A DNA stretch of 64,000 bases from Eledone cirrhosa. Its lineage: Eukaryota. The stretch lies in NCBI GenBank assembly GCA_964016885.1, contig OZ024745.1, forward strand, positions 96,720,001-96,784,000, written 5' to 3'. A program made the translations under genes and the position numbers. The notes under the pieces are model-generated. The model was not told where the DNA came from and searched no databases. It worked only from the letters and a program-made list of their open reading frames with translations. Positions 11,596 to 25,043 of the stretch are shown here, piece by piece; the stretch's first letter is position 1, and the number at the start of each line of letters is the position of its first letter.

Positions 11596-14500
11596 GTGGA
11601 CGTGGACAAACCGCAGCGTGACATATAGATCGTATTTAGACAGGTTCTTTATCAGAGAGAGAGAGACAAGAAGATGTTAAACTGTCCACAAAAGCACATG
11701 GTTGCCTATTCTGACCACAAACTAGTCATCTGCAGAGTCAACCGTGATAGAATACATAGACAAGGACTCGGATACTGGAAGCTGAACGTGTCGCTACCGA
11801 CACGTAAAGCCTACAGAGAACGGATAAGTAGATTAGTTAAGCAACAGTTGACCGGAGCCATCGTCAACAATAGGTAGTGGTACTCTCTTAAGAGAGCAAT
11901 TAGAGTAGAGTTGATAGCTTTTAGCAAAGATCTAGCCTTTGAGAAAAACAAAACAGAAACAGAACTATAGCCAAGGTAGAGAAGGCGCTTAGGAGTGGCA
12001 ACGCAGCTAGAGTGCTAGCAACGAGAACGGCACTGGACTATTTCTTCGATGCGAAACGCGAAGGCTGCGGAGTCAGAAGTAAATCACGTGCTTTAGGAAA
12101 CGAAGGAGAAAAAGCTGTAAGCTGGGCCCGAGCGGCAGAGGCAAAAAGTGGCAACAAGTCCACGATTCGGTCTTTGAAAGACCAAAACGAACGCGTGCTA
12201 CTTGACACCAAGCGGGTGTGCACGGCCTTTCAGCGGCACTTTGCGCAACTGTTCGAGCAGAGCGACGGTGCGCCGAACGGGGCAATGGACTTCGGTTCAT
12301 ACCTCGACGGCCTGTCGCGTCTCTCGAGCATGGACGCCGAGTTCTTCGAAAGACTGATCACAACAACTGAAATACGGGACGCTCTGGGCCGCTGCGGGAA
12401 ACGCAATTCACCCGGTCTAGATGGTCTACCCTATGAGTTTTACATAGGCATAATGGACATCTTCTCTGGCATCCTCAAAGCCGTCTACTACAACTGGAAG
12501 CAGAACGGGAGAATTCCCAGTTCTGCAGGCAGGGCCGTAGTAACGCTGATCAGGAAAGACGAGAACAATGGGGACGAACTAAGCAACTTTAGGCCCATAT
12601 CTCTGCTCAACACAGAGTTAAAGATTTTGGCCAAGGTGTTAGCAACGAGGCTGGCACTTGTCGTTGAGAACCTGGTATGGAAAACGCAAACGTGTGCAAT
12701 CCCGACCAGGTCCATACACGACAACCTCCACCTCATGCGATACATCATAGAGAGGGTGGGGTGTAAACCTGGCTTCGGCGGGGCTCTGATCAATTTAGAT
12801 CAGTCTAAGGCGTTCGATAGGGTCGACCATCGATACTTGGAAGCGGTTCTCAAGGCGGCCGGTTTCGGACCCGTCTTCAGAGGCTGGATCAAAGCAATGC
12901 ACATCAACATCTGCTCGACGGTCAAGGTAAACTGCTACCTATCGGAGCCGTTCGCAATCACGCGTTCCATCCGATAGGGAAGCCGTCTCTCCCCCATTCT
13001 GTACGTACTGACTCTAGAGCCACTACTGCGGAAGTTGGAGTTTCTGCAGAGCATCCCGTTAGAACCAGGACTGCGGAAAGCGGCGTCGGCTTATGCCGAC
13101 AACATGACAATAATGGTGTCGGAAACCTCGGAAATCGGGGAAATCGGCAACTTACTGCAGGAATACGATAGGCTCACAGGAGCAAAACTGAACTCGGACA
13201 ATTCTGTCGGTTTGCAACTCGGAACGTGGAGAGGCAAACCGATGCCGTCCAACAGTGTCGTCGGACGCTGGACGGAAATTGCTCTGGGTCTGGTTCGGTC
13301 CGGAAATCCAGGTATAGAAAAACTGAAACGAGGTCACGACCAAGGTATTCGCGCTCACCCAGAAATGTGCAGAGTGCAAACTACCCTTGAAAGGTCGAGC
13401 GGAGGTGGCGAACACTTTCATAGCATCCGTCATCTACTACCGCTTGACCGTCGTGCCTTGTCACTGTGAATACCTCTCCAAGATGGAACGCATGTTCTTC
13501 TAGTTACTTTGGAATAAGCTGGCTCCACTGGTGAGTAGATCCGTCTGCTCTCAGCACCCTTCCAACGGAGGGCTGGGAATGCCGTGGCTGATGATGCGCA
13601 AACATGCGCAAACACGCGCTGAGGCTACGGCATCTCCAGGTATTCCTTACCGAACAACCGGTGTGGGTCCCGTTTGTGAAACAGGCCTTCCCGCAACTTA
13701 TCTCGCTGACGGAGCTTCAACCCTGGGTCAAATGGAGACCGAAGAAAATGGACGCCTGGCACATTGAATGCGCTCAGGCGCTCACAGTCCTCTTTCAAGC
13801 GGGCACAGCAATCAGTGGAGACTCCACTTCGACATTCTATAGAGGGTTAGTACGTTAAAAGCGCAACGACGTGCTCGGAGAGACTCTGGGCGTCGAAGAC
13901 GGTAGGACTTTCCGCTCGGGACCCATGGACAACTTCCAGAGGTCCCTGGCCTGGCAGTGCTACCGAGGAGCTCTACCAGTTCAAAACAAGATCTACAGGC
14001 ACGGACAGGGATCCTTCCAAGAGGACGTATCCAAGATGCGAGCAGGACAGTGAAACAGTCCTGCACGCAATTGTACACTGCCCGGACTTAACCGACCCGT
14101 GGAGCTACGCAGAACAACTACTGTCACGTATGGGACAAATCCAGTTGACTGCCGAGTCCATAGTAAGCATTAAACCGCCAACTTCTTTCAAAAACGAAAG
14201 AAAGGCGGTTTTCCTCTGTATAGTGGCTATGGTAAAAGAGATTATATGGTGGACGAGATTGAGAGGACTGAGGACAGCTACCTTTCTCTTCAGACAACAA
14301 CTCATTCCCTTCTTAAGGTCCACTTTAGAAGGAGAATCAGAATGGAGAGAGAGGAACTGCACCCCAGTAAATTTACTGAAAGGTGGGTGAATGTAACAAA
14401 AATGGCCCGACTGATTGGGCCTTCTCTGAATATAAACCTGTAGGTTGAAGATGAGAGCAAAATGAGGAAAGGAGCACTTGCACAACACGCTCCTGGAGTG

Positions 14501-14684
14501 GAGGGTTGTTCTATCTACGGATTATTAAACAACCCATTTTGGGGCCTCCCCCTATTGGGGATTTCGATTGTCATATTTGTTTCAATATTTTTACACGATT
14601 GTATGTAAAATCCCCGGCATGTGTCTTTGTTTTGTCCCCTTTTCTTGTGCGCCCTTGTGGCTAATAAAGAAATATATCTATCTG
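11596..14684 (+). mobile_element. 5'-truncated Tx1/L1-clade LINE (disrupted ORF2 plus 3' UTR)
   Basis: APE end (SDHKLV, GYWKLN), RT (SPGLDGLPYEFY, FRPISLLNTELKILAK, LDQSKAFDRVDH, YADN), GGLGMP motif; stops and frameshifts. Confidence 0.92.
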
Positions 14685-15900
14685 CATGCTCTCCCAGTTC
14701 CTGTGGAAGAAGCAGGCTCCACTGGTGAGGAGATCCGTCTGCTGTCAACACCCTTCCAATGGAGGGATGGGCATGCCGTGGCTAATGATGCGCAAACATG
14801 CACTGAGGCTACGGCATCTCCTATTCCTCATCGACCAACCGGTGTGGGCACCGTTTGTGAGACAGGCCTTCCCACAACTTGTCTCGCTGGTGGAGCTGCA
14901 GTCCTGGGTGAAGCGAAGACCGAAGAAGATGGGCGCCTGGCACATTGAATGCGCCCAGGCGCTCACAGCCCTCTGTCAGGCGGGCACAGCAATCAGTGGA
15001 GACTCCACTTCGACATTCTATAGAGGGTTAGTATGTTAAAAGCGCGACAACGTGCTCGGAGAGACTCTGGGCGTTGAAGACGACGAGCTCACCAGTCTGT
15101 TCGGTAGGACTTTCCGCCCGGGACCTATGGACAACTTCCAGAGGTCCCTGGCCTGGCAGTGCTACCCAGGAGTTCTACACGTTCGAGATAAGATCTACAG
15201 GCACGGACGTCCCGGCAGGGATCCTTCCAAGAGGACGTGTCCAAGATGCGAGCAGGACATTGAAACCGTCCTGCACGCAATTGTACACTACCCGAGCGTC
15301 AGCTACCTGTGGAATTATGCAGAACAACTGCTGTCGCATATGGGACAAATGCAGTTGACTGCCGAGTCCATAGTAAGCATCCAATCGCCAGCCTCTTTCA
15401 AAAACGAAAGAGAGGCGGTTTTCCTCTGTACAGGGGCTATGGTGAAAGGGGTTATATGGTGGACGAGATTGAGAGGACTGAGGACAGATGCCTTTCTCTC
15501 CGGACAACAGTTGATTCCCTTCTTTAAGTATCACTTTAGAAAGAGAATCAGAGTGGAGGGAGAGGCACTGCACCCCAGTAAATTTACTGAAAGGTGGGTG
15601 AATGTGGCGAAAATGGACCGAGTGATTGGGCCTTCTCTGTTTATAAGCCTGTAGTTTAAAGAAGAGAGCAAAGGGAAGAAGGTAGCACTTGCACAACACG
15701 CTCCTGAAGTTGAGGGTTGTTATATCGACGGGGTATTAAACAACCCATTTGTAACACCTCCCCGCTATTGGGGATTTCGATTGTTATAATTGTTTGTTTT
15801 ATATTTTTTACACCATTGTATGTAAAATACCCGGCATGTGTCTTTATTTTGTCCCTTTTTCTTGTGCGCCCTTGTGGCTAATAAAGAAATATATCTATCT
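14685..15900 (+). mobile_element. Second, shorter Tx1/L1-clade LINE copy in tandem
   Basis: Paralogous to 13490-14684; CPRC..ETVLHAIVH zinc knuckle; same 3' end with AATAAA and (TATC)n. Confidence 0.9.
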
Positions 15901-16071
15901 ATCTCTGTCTGTTTTTTCCAATCGTCTGCTTGTTTATCAATTTGAAGTAAACATTTATTTATATTTTGATGAATAAATTTCTTCTGTCTGCCTAACCAAT
16001 AAATAAGGTTGGAGATATTTGTGCGTATGTATCTATGTATATGAATATATATGATTTAAGTCAGTGCATCA

Positions 16072-16191
<120 letters not shown>

Positions 16192-16598
16192 TACGCGGAT
16201 GTGCACGTGTGTGTGGGTGTATGTTTTTGCATTAGAGTCTGTCAAAGTCTACATCTTGTTTTATGGCGTCGATCGAATACAGCCGCAGCTATGGTTATAA
16301 GATGTATGTTTTTGATAAAGCTCAAGCATCCTAGCTCCGACTAACGCCAAATATGACATAGCTGGTAAGATGAATAGCAGCTATTAGATGCAGTCTCTGT
16401 TGGAGTTCTCTCACTGCCCTATGTCGTGGCTTGCTCTAAACTACATAGGGCATAATAACCTGCACTTTACGCAATGTTTATATTTATTGATAACCGAATC
16501 TGCTATACACTGTTTCTTCCTCTATGTTTCTGTCTCTGTCTCTCTCAACGCACCTGCTTCTCTCTTTCTCTCCGTCTACCACTCCCCACTCTCTCTCC

Positions 16599-16678
<80 letters not shown>

Positions 16679-17224
16679 TCTCTGATTCTCTAGTTTTCCC
16701 TTCTTCAAATACTTACACATGTACAACCACACACGTTTCAAACTGATGCACCAATGTATGCACACATGCAGAATTTTTCTAGCTTTATGTATTTTTTCCT
16801 GCTATTTTTCATTTTCTCTCTGCTTTATATTTACTTATTAGTGTGTTTGTTTATTGATTTATCTGCATTTTATTCATTTCTTACTGTCAGCGTTGCTTAT
16901 TGGATAGTTAAAAATTCAGTAACACTGCTTTTAAGTATTCCTGGATTCTTCACTCACGCTTACAATCACATAGAAACAAAATACACACATACATTGGCTC
17001 AAACACTTTCGCACAAACTGGCATATACATGCGTGTATATACATGTATATATATGCATGTATACACATACATGTTTCAACGTATAGTAATATTAACATAT
17101 GCAGATGAAGCTGCATATATTCGGAATGAAGTATGTAGATAGTTATCTACAGGCAAACACGAATATATTTACATGCCTGTTTGTTAATGAATGTCAACAT
17201 ATATATATATGTGTGTGTGTGTGT

Positions 17225-17303
<79 letters not shown>

Positions 17304-17319
17304 GTATATAAATAAATAA

Positions 17320-17365
<46 letters not shown>

Positions 17366-17450
17366 TTGCAAATACACATCAGTATACGTGTATGTATGCG
17401 CATCTGTGCCTATGGTTTGTTTTAATGTGTAACACAAGCGAACTATTGTC

Positions 17451-17498
<48 letters not shown>

Positions 17499-18688
17499 GA
17501 AAAGCAACGGTTTAAGTAATAAACACTGTTGTAGATAATGTGAAATTGTTTAAGAGCCAATAAACCAATATTGTTAAATTAGCAATGTCGTGTGCCGCAA
17601 AACAACAACTGAGTTTCCGGTGAATCTGCGACCTGATTTCGATTTCCGGTTGATTTGATTTGACTTCACTTTGATATGACAAGAACAACACAAGTTCTCA
17701 TTTAAGGCTCTTTCCTCAGACTTCTCTCTCCTTCGCAACCTCTCATTCTCTATTTTACTTCATCTCTGTCCCTCTCACCTCTGCTTTCTGCCCGTCGCTC
17801 TCTTCACTTAACTCTCACTCTCAACCAATCTATTTCTGTGTGTAGGAAAAAATATATTATTTCACTCCAACAGAAAGCCATGAAGTATGAAAAAATGGAG
17901 TATGGCCGATTGAATCTACCCTAGTTCCTGTGCACTCCGTATATTTACGAAATCGGAGAAATAAAAGATAAATTCAACGATGCAAATTCGGAAGACAGAA
18001 CGTAAAGATACGGAGGTAAACCTTGCGAAGAATTTGTTATTTTAATTTATTATTTTCACCACCCACAGTGTTTGCCTTTTTTCTCTTGGAGCCTCTGTAA
18101 CCCAAGGAAAAAATAATCCTATTTTTTAAAGTGGGGAGGTATAAACACAATAAAACCCTGTTTTCTCATAAAATATCTGAGGATTTGTGTATACGTCTTA
18201 AAGCATATTTTAAACTTGGTATGACAAACTCTGTAGACGAGAAATAAGCTTCCGTCAATCCGATTTCGATTTTCCGTTAAAACTATTTTATGTCACTCGT
18301 GCTGTTAATTCCTTTGAAGAAAAAAAAAGCAAATCTCGTTCATCTTTTTGTCACAAAGTGACTTGAGAGCAATGAATAAAAGTTAGTAAAACAAAATAAT
18401 ATATACAGTTGCTTCTAACTTCCGTGTAATGCAAAGCTTGGTGAAATAAAGTTGACATTTAATGGATTTCAATCACTTCGATATTTAACATTGGTTTCTA
18501 CAACGTGATGTGTATGAAAACAGTTTACTCTTTCAACAAGACCCTTGTCTTATGCAGGTAACTCTTCTTATTACCTTGTTTGTTATTCAGCAGACGTTAA
18601 CTTAGACGAACCAAGCATAAATACGAATAGTACATAAAAGCGCAATAACATTTTTAAATTCTCTCCCTCTCTCTCTCTCTCGCTCTCC

Positions 18689-18734
<46 letters not shown>

Positions 18735-18738
18735 ATCT

Positions 18739-18775
<37 letters not shown>

Positions 18776-18806
18776 ATATATATATATATATATATCTCAC
18801 ACTCTA

Positions 18807-18867
<61 letters not shown>

Positions 18868-18880
18868 CGAAGGAAGTGTG

Positions 18881-20178
18881 GCAATACACTTTATGCTTAA
18901 TTAAAAGCATTTTGAAGACCGTAAGCTATTGTTTTAAAGTAGTGTCAAATTCACTCACTTTGATCTCAGCAAACAGGGGAGATAAGCCGACAAGACTTGT
19001 TTCGCTTTGGTTGAAGCTTATCAAGGCCAACTACCCCACCTGTTTACTGAGATCATTGATGTTATATTCTTATAGAAATCTAGTAAATAATCAGGAGCTG
19101 ATTATGAATTTGTCACTACTTTAAAACAATAGCTTACGGTCTTCAAAATGCTTTTAATTAAGCATAAAGTGTATTGCAAAATACATTATATATACATCCA
19201 TATATATATTGCTATTTCAGAGCTCCAATTCTAATTTTTAATTTCTGCCTGACTAACAACCGCTCTGCATAATCAGCTCCTGATTATTTACTAGATTTCT
19301 ATAAGAATATAACATCAATGATCTCAGTAAACAGGTGGGGTAGTTGGCCTTGATAAGCTTCAACCAAAGCGAAACAAGTCTTGTCGGCTTATCTCCCCTG
19401 TTTGCTGAGATCAAAGTGAATGAATTTGTCACTACTTTAAAATAATAGCTTACGGTCTTCAAAATGCTTTTAATTAAGCATAAAGTGTATTGCAAAATAC
19501 ATTATATATACATCCATATATATATATTGCTATTTCAGAGCTCCAATTCTAATTTTTAATTTCTGCCTGACCAACAACCGCTCTGCATAATCAGCTCCTG
19601 ATTATTTACTAGATTTCTATAAGAATATAACATCAATGATCTCAGTAAACAGGTGGGGTAGTTGGCCTTGATAAGCTTCAACCAAAGCGAAACAAGTCTT
19701 GTCGGCTTATCTCCCCTGTTTGCTGAGATCAAAGTGAGTGAATTTGTCACTACTTTAAAACAATAGCTTACGGTCTTCAAAATGCTTTTAATTAAGCATA
19801 AAGTGTATTGCAAAATACATTATATATACATCCATATATATATTGCTATTTCAGAGCTCCAATTCTAATTTTTAATTTCTGCCTGACCAACAACCGCTCT
19901 GCATAATCAGCTCCTGATTATTTACTAGATTTCTATAAGAATATAACATCAATGATCTCAGTAAACAGGTGGGGTAGTTGGCCTTGATAAGCTTCAACCA
20001 AAGCGAAACAAGTCTTGTCGGCTTATCTCCCCTGTTTGCTGAGATCAAAGTGAGTGAATTTGTCACTACTTTAAAACAATAGCTTACGGTCTTCAAAATG
20101 CTTTTAATTAAGCATAAAGTGTATTTCAAAATACATTATATATACATCCATATATATATTGCTATTTCAGAGCTCCAA

Positions 20179-20185
<7 letters not shown>
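18881..20185 (+). repeat. Tandem array of 316-318-bp HHR-containing units with a 5' inverted copy (retrozyme/pLTR-like)
   Basis: The HHR hairpin recurs at 19323, 19641 and 19957 on +; inverted partial copy at 18881-19105; flanked by (TA)n. Confidence 0.9.
19323..19409 (+). ncRNA. Type I hammerhead ribozyme, U3-A8 variant (copies at 19641 and 19957; 18965-19051 on minus)
   Basis: GCC TTGATAA GCTT-CAACCA-AAGC GAA ACAAG-T-CTTGT C GGC; stem I extended by CTCAGTAAACAGG/CCTGTTTGCTGAG; GUC site. Confidence 0.8.
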
Positions 20186-20204
<19 letters not shown>

Positions 20205-20214
<10 letters not shown>

Positions 20215-23016
20215 TACAAATATTAATAAAATAGATGTTCTTTTGATCAATAAAATTTTATTATACATATTTCGGAGGTACAACAGTACGTCCTCATCAG
20301 ACAAAATACAATGATACATGACATACACTGAGATATTAAAGGGTTAAAGATTTAATCAAGGTAGTGATTAACCAAAGAGAAAATTCAACATTTATACCCT
20401 AATAATGAGAAAATGCGAAAACGTAATAGATTCAATAGAGAATGTGTGAGTAAGAAAAACGTTGCTTAATGTGACAGCTATAGAGATTTTAAAATGTAGG
20501 ATACTACAAGTTATGGTTATCTAGGAAAACATCTCATGAATTATTCCTGTCCATGAGGGCCGCTGAAAGAGGATTTAAAGAGAGGGAAAGATAAAGGGGA
20601 GTAATATATGCAGAAAGAGATTTTTTCCCAAAAGCTAAACGGTTAAGTTTCAAAATATTTCATTTATGTTATTTTAAGGGTGAAGAATCAAGATTTTAGG
20701 TCTTTAAAAAAGTTGCTGGTTATTTATATTTATTAATTTTATAAATTCTATAAGTGTGTTAACATTTCTAAACTTCTGAATTTTATGAGGATAATATTTA
20801 AAGGATTTACCTGGCCAGCGAAAGGAAAATTTACACTGTTGAATATTTTCCTAAATGTAAAATTTAATGAAGATTACCTATAAAAATGTCAACATTTTCG
20901 GTATGTAAAGCTTATGAAGTACTTATTGTTAGAAATATTTAAATAACGATTATGTATATAGAGATATATTAATGAGCCAGTATATTTTAGGTAAATGATA
21001 ACGAATATAAAATAATAGATTGAAGCATGCTAAAGTTAAATAGATACCTATATATAAAAGGGTGTAAATGCATGAATTATTCACAGTTCAAAATAAATAA
21101 TAATCTACAAATTTAGAAGTTATCTAAAAATTATGTATATAGAGATACAAGGAGGTATATATAGATATATATTAAGTATTAGTGATACAGTATACTTTAG
21201 GTAATTTTAGATTGTAATCTTATATAATAGATTTCAACGTGTTACAGTTAAATACATACATATATATAAGAAAAATAATAATAAATGCATGGATAATTCA
21301 GAGTTCAAAATAAGGTCCGTAATAATTTATAGTTTGGATATTTGCTCTATATTTGAATCATGGATATAAAATACGGTAGGTATATTTAAAAACTTACAAA
21401 AGATAATTACATACATATTATAAATAAAAAATAAAAAATGTAAACACATGAATGATTCACAGTTAAAAATAAGTTCCGTAAAAATATACGGGTTGGATAT
21501 TTAAACTAAAATTTTAAACTTAGATAGGAAAATAAAGATAGAGAAATAATGGTATGGATCAAAGTTAATAATTTTATGTTATGTATATCAACGTATCAGC
21601 GTGTTATTGAACAAGTGTCATTCATTCGAGCGTTATTTCTTCTATAGACAGTTATAAGATAATGCAATATTAAAGGCCATTAATGTTTTTCCCTGTTGAT
21701 TATATACGTCTAAACCAAGTTTTTGATGGTTTAGTGTTTCTTTCTCTTTTTTTATAGTTTTGTGGGAGGCTAAGTATGTAGACGTAGCTTTATGAAGGCA
21801 ACTAGAGAATAATTCACTTTTTTTGTTAATTAGGGTCTCATAGTTATTAATAATCAACAGGGTCTCCATTGTACAGAGCGCGCAGTTATTTGATATACTA
21901 GAGTTACGGTAAACTCCACAATTCCGAAGTTTTGTTAAAAAAAATGGAGTATTTTAAATTCCTCTCTTTTAATGACCATATGAGCTGTGATAAAGAAGTG
22001 GATGATTTCCTCTTGGAGTTCGAGAATGAGTATTTATGGTTCGCAAATCTGGCTTTAAATGTAAAAGAAGTCGATCCTATGTAGTTGTATGTGTTGTGAT
22101 CAGTTTTTACGGTGCATTTATAAACCAAATTACTATCTAGACAATTATTTTGCAAAGGGCAGTCAGTTTTATTTCTACAATTACATTTTGGTTTAGTATC
22201 ATTTATGTTAACTCTATTATTAAGATCATTATGCTGGTTTTGTTTTAGGATTTTAGTGTTTAATTTGGCAATGTTTTGGGCCATGTTCATAGTTGTAGAA
22301 TACGAGAATTTAATGGTGTGTCTATTAAAAATGGAATGGTATTTATGTTGAGTAGGGAAAGAGGTGTCCAAAGCGTCAAAGAATAATTTTGCAATTGGTG
22401 TTCTAACTGCGACCGAAGCAGAGGGGGGGGGGGAACCATACGACTGATTTAGTTCTAGTTCTTTTCCTCGATTTATTTGGCGTATGGGTGTTTGAATTAT
22501 AATTATTAGAGTTTCTCTTATATATGTTATTATTTTTATCAAGATTAATACTTGGATTATTATTATCTACATATTCTATATTATTCACATATCCTGCTCT
22601 TTTTAACGCGTTGTTGTAGTATTCAACGTTTTCATCAAATATAGCTTTATTGGCTGATATTTTATTAATTCGTTTTTGCACACTATTTACTATAGCTTTT
22701 TTTTTACAGATTTAGGGTGATTGGAATGGTTACTAACATAGTTTAAGTTTTCATTGGGCTTATGAAAAGGGTAATAAAAGCCAGTGTTTAAGTTAAACGT
22801 AACGTCTAGGAAATTAACTATTTTGGTACCATTTTCTACTTCTAACTTAAGGTCATACATTTTAAAGAATTATATTATACTTTTCTTTACTCTATTTAGT
22901 TCAATATTGTATTTTAATATTAATAACTCTGGAAAAATATTTTTTCTGTAGAGTTCTTCCAATCTACTGTAACACTCATTCTTTGATATACTCATTGAAT
23001 CTTGTTTAACTCTTTA

Positions 23017-23020
<4 letters not shown>
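20205..23020 (-). mobile_element. 5'-truncated Naiad-type Penelope-like element
   Basis: RT C-terminus (VNFLDVTFNLNTGFYYPFHKPN), CNC..CPL..C linker, GIY-YIG (VYKC..YIGST..FKARFANH), CALC and CLH end; frameshifts; long AT-rich 3' UTR; HHR at the 3' end. Confidence 0.88.
20255..20307 (-). ncRNA. Type I hammerhead ribozyme in PLE pLTR
   Basis: ATTTTGT CTGATGA GGACGTAC-TGTT-GTACCTCC GAA ATATGTAT A ATAAAAT. Confidence 0.8.
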
Positions 23021-23090
<70 letters not shown>

Positions 23091-23095
<5 letters not shown>

Positions 23096-23667
23096 GTAAT
23101 CTGAGTTTTTCGAATATTAATAATAACATTCGATTTGTTTGCAATTATGCAAACAAGCCTCAATTTTCTAGCCATGTCAGTAGAATGAACACTTCATTCT
23201 TGCTCTTGTGTTGGCATGCGAACAGAACTGCAGAGACTAATGTTTCTGGGTATCACCCTTCATCAGTACAGCTCACTGTTCACCTGCCAAACTGTCAGGG
23301 CTAGTGAAAATATATACTATTTTCACAAATACACAGTGACTGATCGGCCTGATTTGCATGTTAGCAGACTGGCTGATCAGTCAGATCTGCATATTAGCAG
23401 ATCCACTGATCAGCCAGATTTGCATATCAGCAGACTGGCCAGTCAGTTTCACTAGCTCTGACAGTTTGGCAGGTGAACAGTGAGCTGTACTGATGAAGGG
23501 TGATACCCAGAAACATTAGTGTCTGCAGTTCTGCTCGCATGCCAACACAAGAGCAAGAATGAAGGGTTCATTCTACTGACATGGCTATAAAATTGAGGCT
23601 TGTTTGCATAATTGCAAACAAATCGAATGTTATTATTAATATTCGAAAATCTCAGATTACATTTATT
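23091..23667. repeat. Fold-back element with about 220-bp inverted arms, each containing an HHR
   Basis: 23091-23310 is the reverse complement of 23445-23667 with a few mismatches; the spacer has short internal repeats. Confidence 0.88.
23482..23531 (+). ncRNA. Type I hammerhead ribozyme (mirror copy at 23225-23274 on minus)
   Basis: GAGCTGTA CTGATGA AGGGT-GAT-ACCCA GAA ACATTAGTGT C TGCAGTTC; GUC site. Confidence 0.85.
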
Positions 23668-23694
23668 GTATTTAGCCATGTAGAGCGAAATTTT

Positions 23695-23799
<105 letters not shown>

Positions 23800-23850
23800 T
23801 ATGTGTGTGTGTGTGTGTGTCTGTGTGTGTGTGTGTCTCTGTGTGTGTGT

Positions 23851-23887
<37 letters not shown>

Positions 23888-24539
23888 TGTGTACGTGTGT
23901 GTGTGTGGAGGGGGGAGTATATGAGTGCTTAAACATGCAACCGTCTAATTTTGTAAATGCTTTTGGGGGGGGGGAGGGGGCCTGTGTATATTACGTTTGA
24001 GTATTTCGAAGTTATATAGTCGCTGTTGTTAGTCGTTTCCGATTTGATGTTTGATAAACAACGGATATTCTTTGTATATTATAATAATACATAATTTTCT
24101 TTATTTTCTTCTCGTTCTTGAGAATCATAACACTATTATTGTTCGCTAGTTGAGTTCTGTTTTACTTTTAATTGCAGCTATTGATGAAATGTATATCATT
24201 CCCCGATACATTGTTCCGTTTAAGTTCGTGTCAGTTTTATGAATATGCTATATTTCATGACGTATGCAACTATCTCCCGGGCATGTATACTTTTAAACAA
24301 CATTTTTATATATATTAGAATGTTGATCCTGCTAATATTTAGATTATTTCACTAGCATCGTTTAGTATCATGTGGAATGATGTAGCGTATCTATAACATT
24401 GGAGGTACTTTTTAAAAAATAAAAATAGAAGCATATGTAGTCTAATTGTCTAGTTAAAAGTGGTGTTATATAGGCGAAATGAATCATGAGTCCATGTTTT
24501 CATATATACATATATATGTGTGTATACGTGTGTGTGCGC

Positions 24540-24575
<36 letters not shown>

Positions 24576-24683
24576 GCATACATATGTGCATATATGTAAT
24601 ACTATATAAATGCGTGTATATATATATATGTATATATATATATGTATATTAAATATGTTTTGAAACAGTGAGCGAGTTTGAAA

Positions 24684-24952
24684 TTAGAAAATATATAGCT
24701 TTCACCGTATTTTTAACTAAAGGAATGTTAGCTTGATAACGGGGTTTAGAACCCTCAGATAAATGGAAAAAGATGAGTATTGACGTACATGGGAGTCGAA
24801 CCCACATCTGTGGTTATCGCGACCACAGATGTGGGTTCGACTCCCATGTACGTCAATACTCATCTTTTTCCATTTATCTGAGGGTTCTAAACCCCGTTAT
24901 CAAGCTAACATTCCTTTAGTTAAAAATACGGTGAAAGCTATATATTTTCTAA
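24684..24952. repeat. Perfect palindrome (about 131-bp arms) centred on a tRNA-like sequence
   Basis: Arms read as exact reverse complements around a 7-nt loop; GTGGGTTCGACTCCCAT T-arm/B-box motif. Confidence 0.85.
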
Positions 24953-24967
24953 ATATATGTATATGTA

Positions 24968-25043
<76 letters not shown>

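Noticed and set aside
18876-20129. Repeated 80-85-aa ORFs (MQYTLCLIKS..)
   Set aside because: Antisense to the HHR strand, mostly non-ATG starts, and repeated only because the DNA unit is repeated
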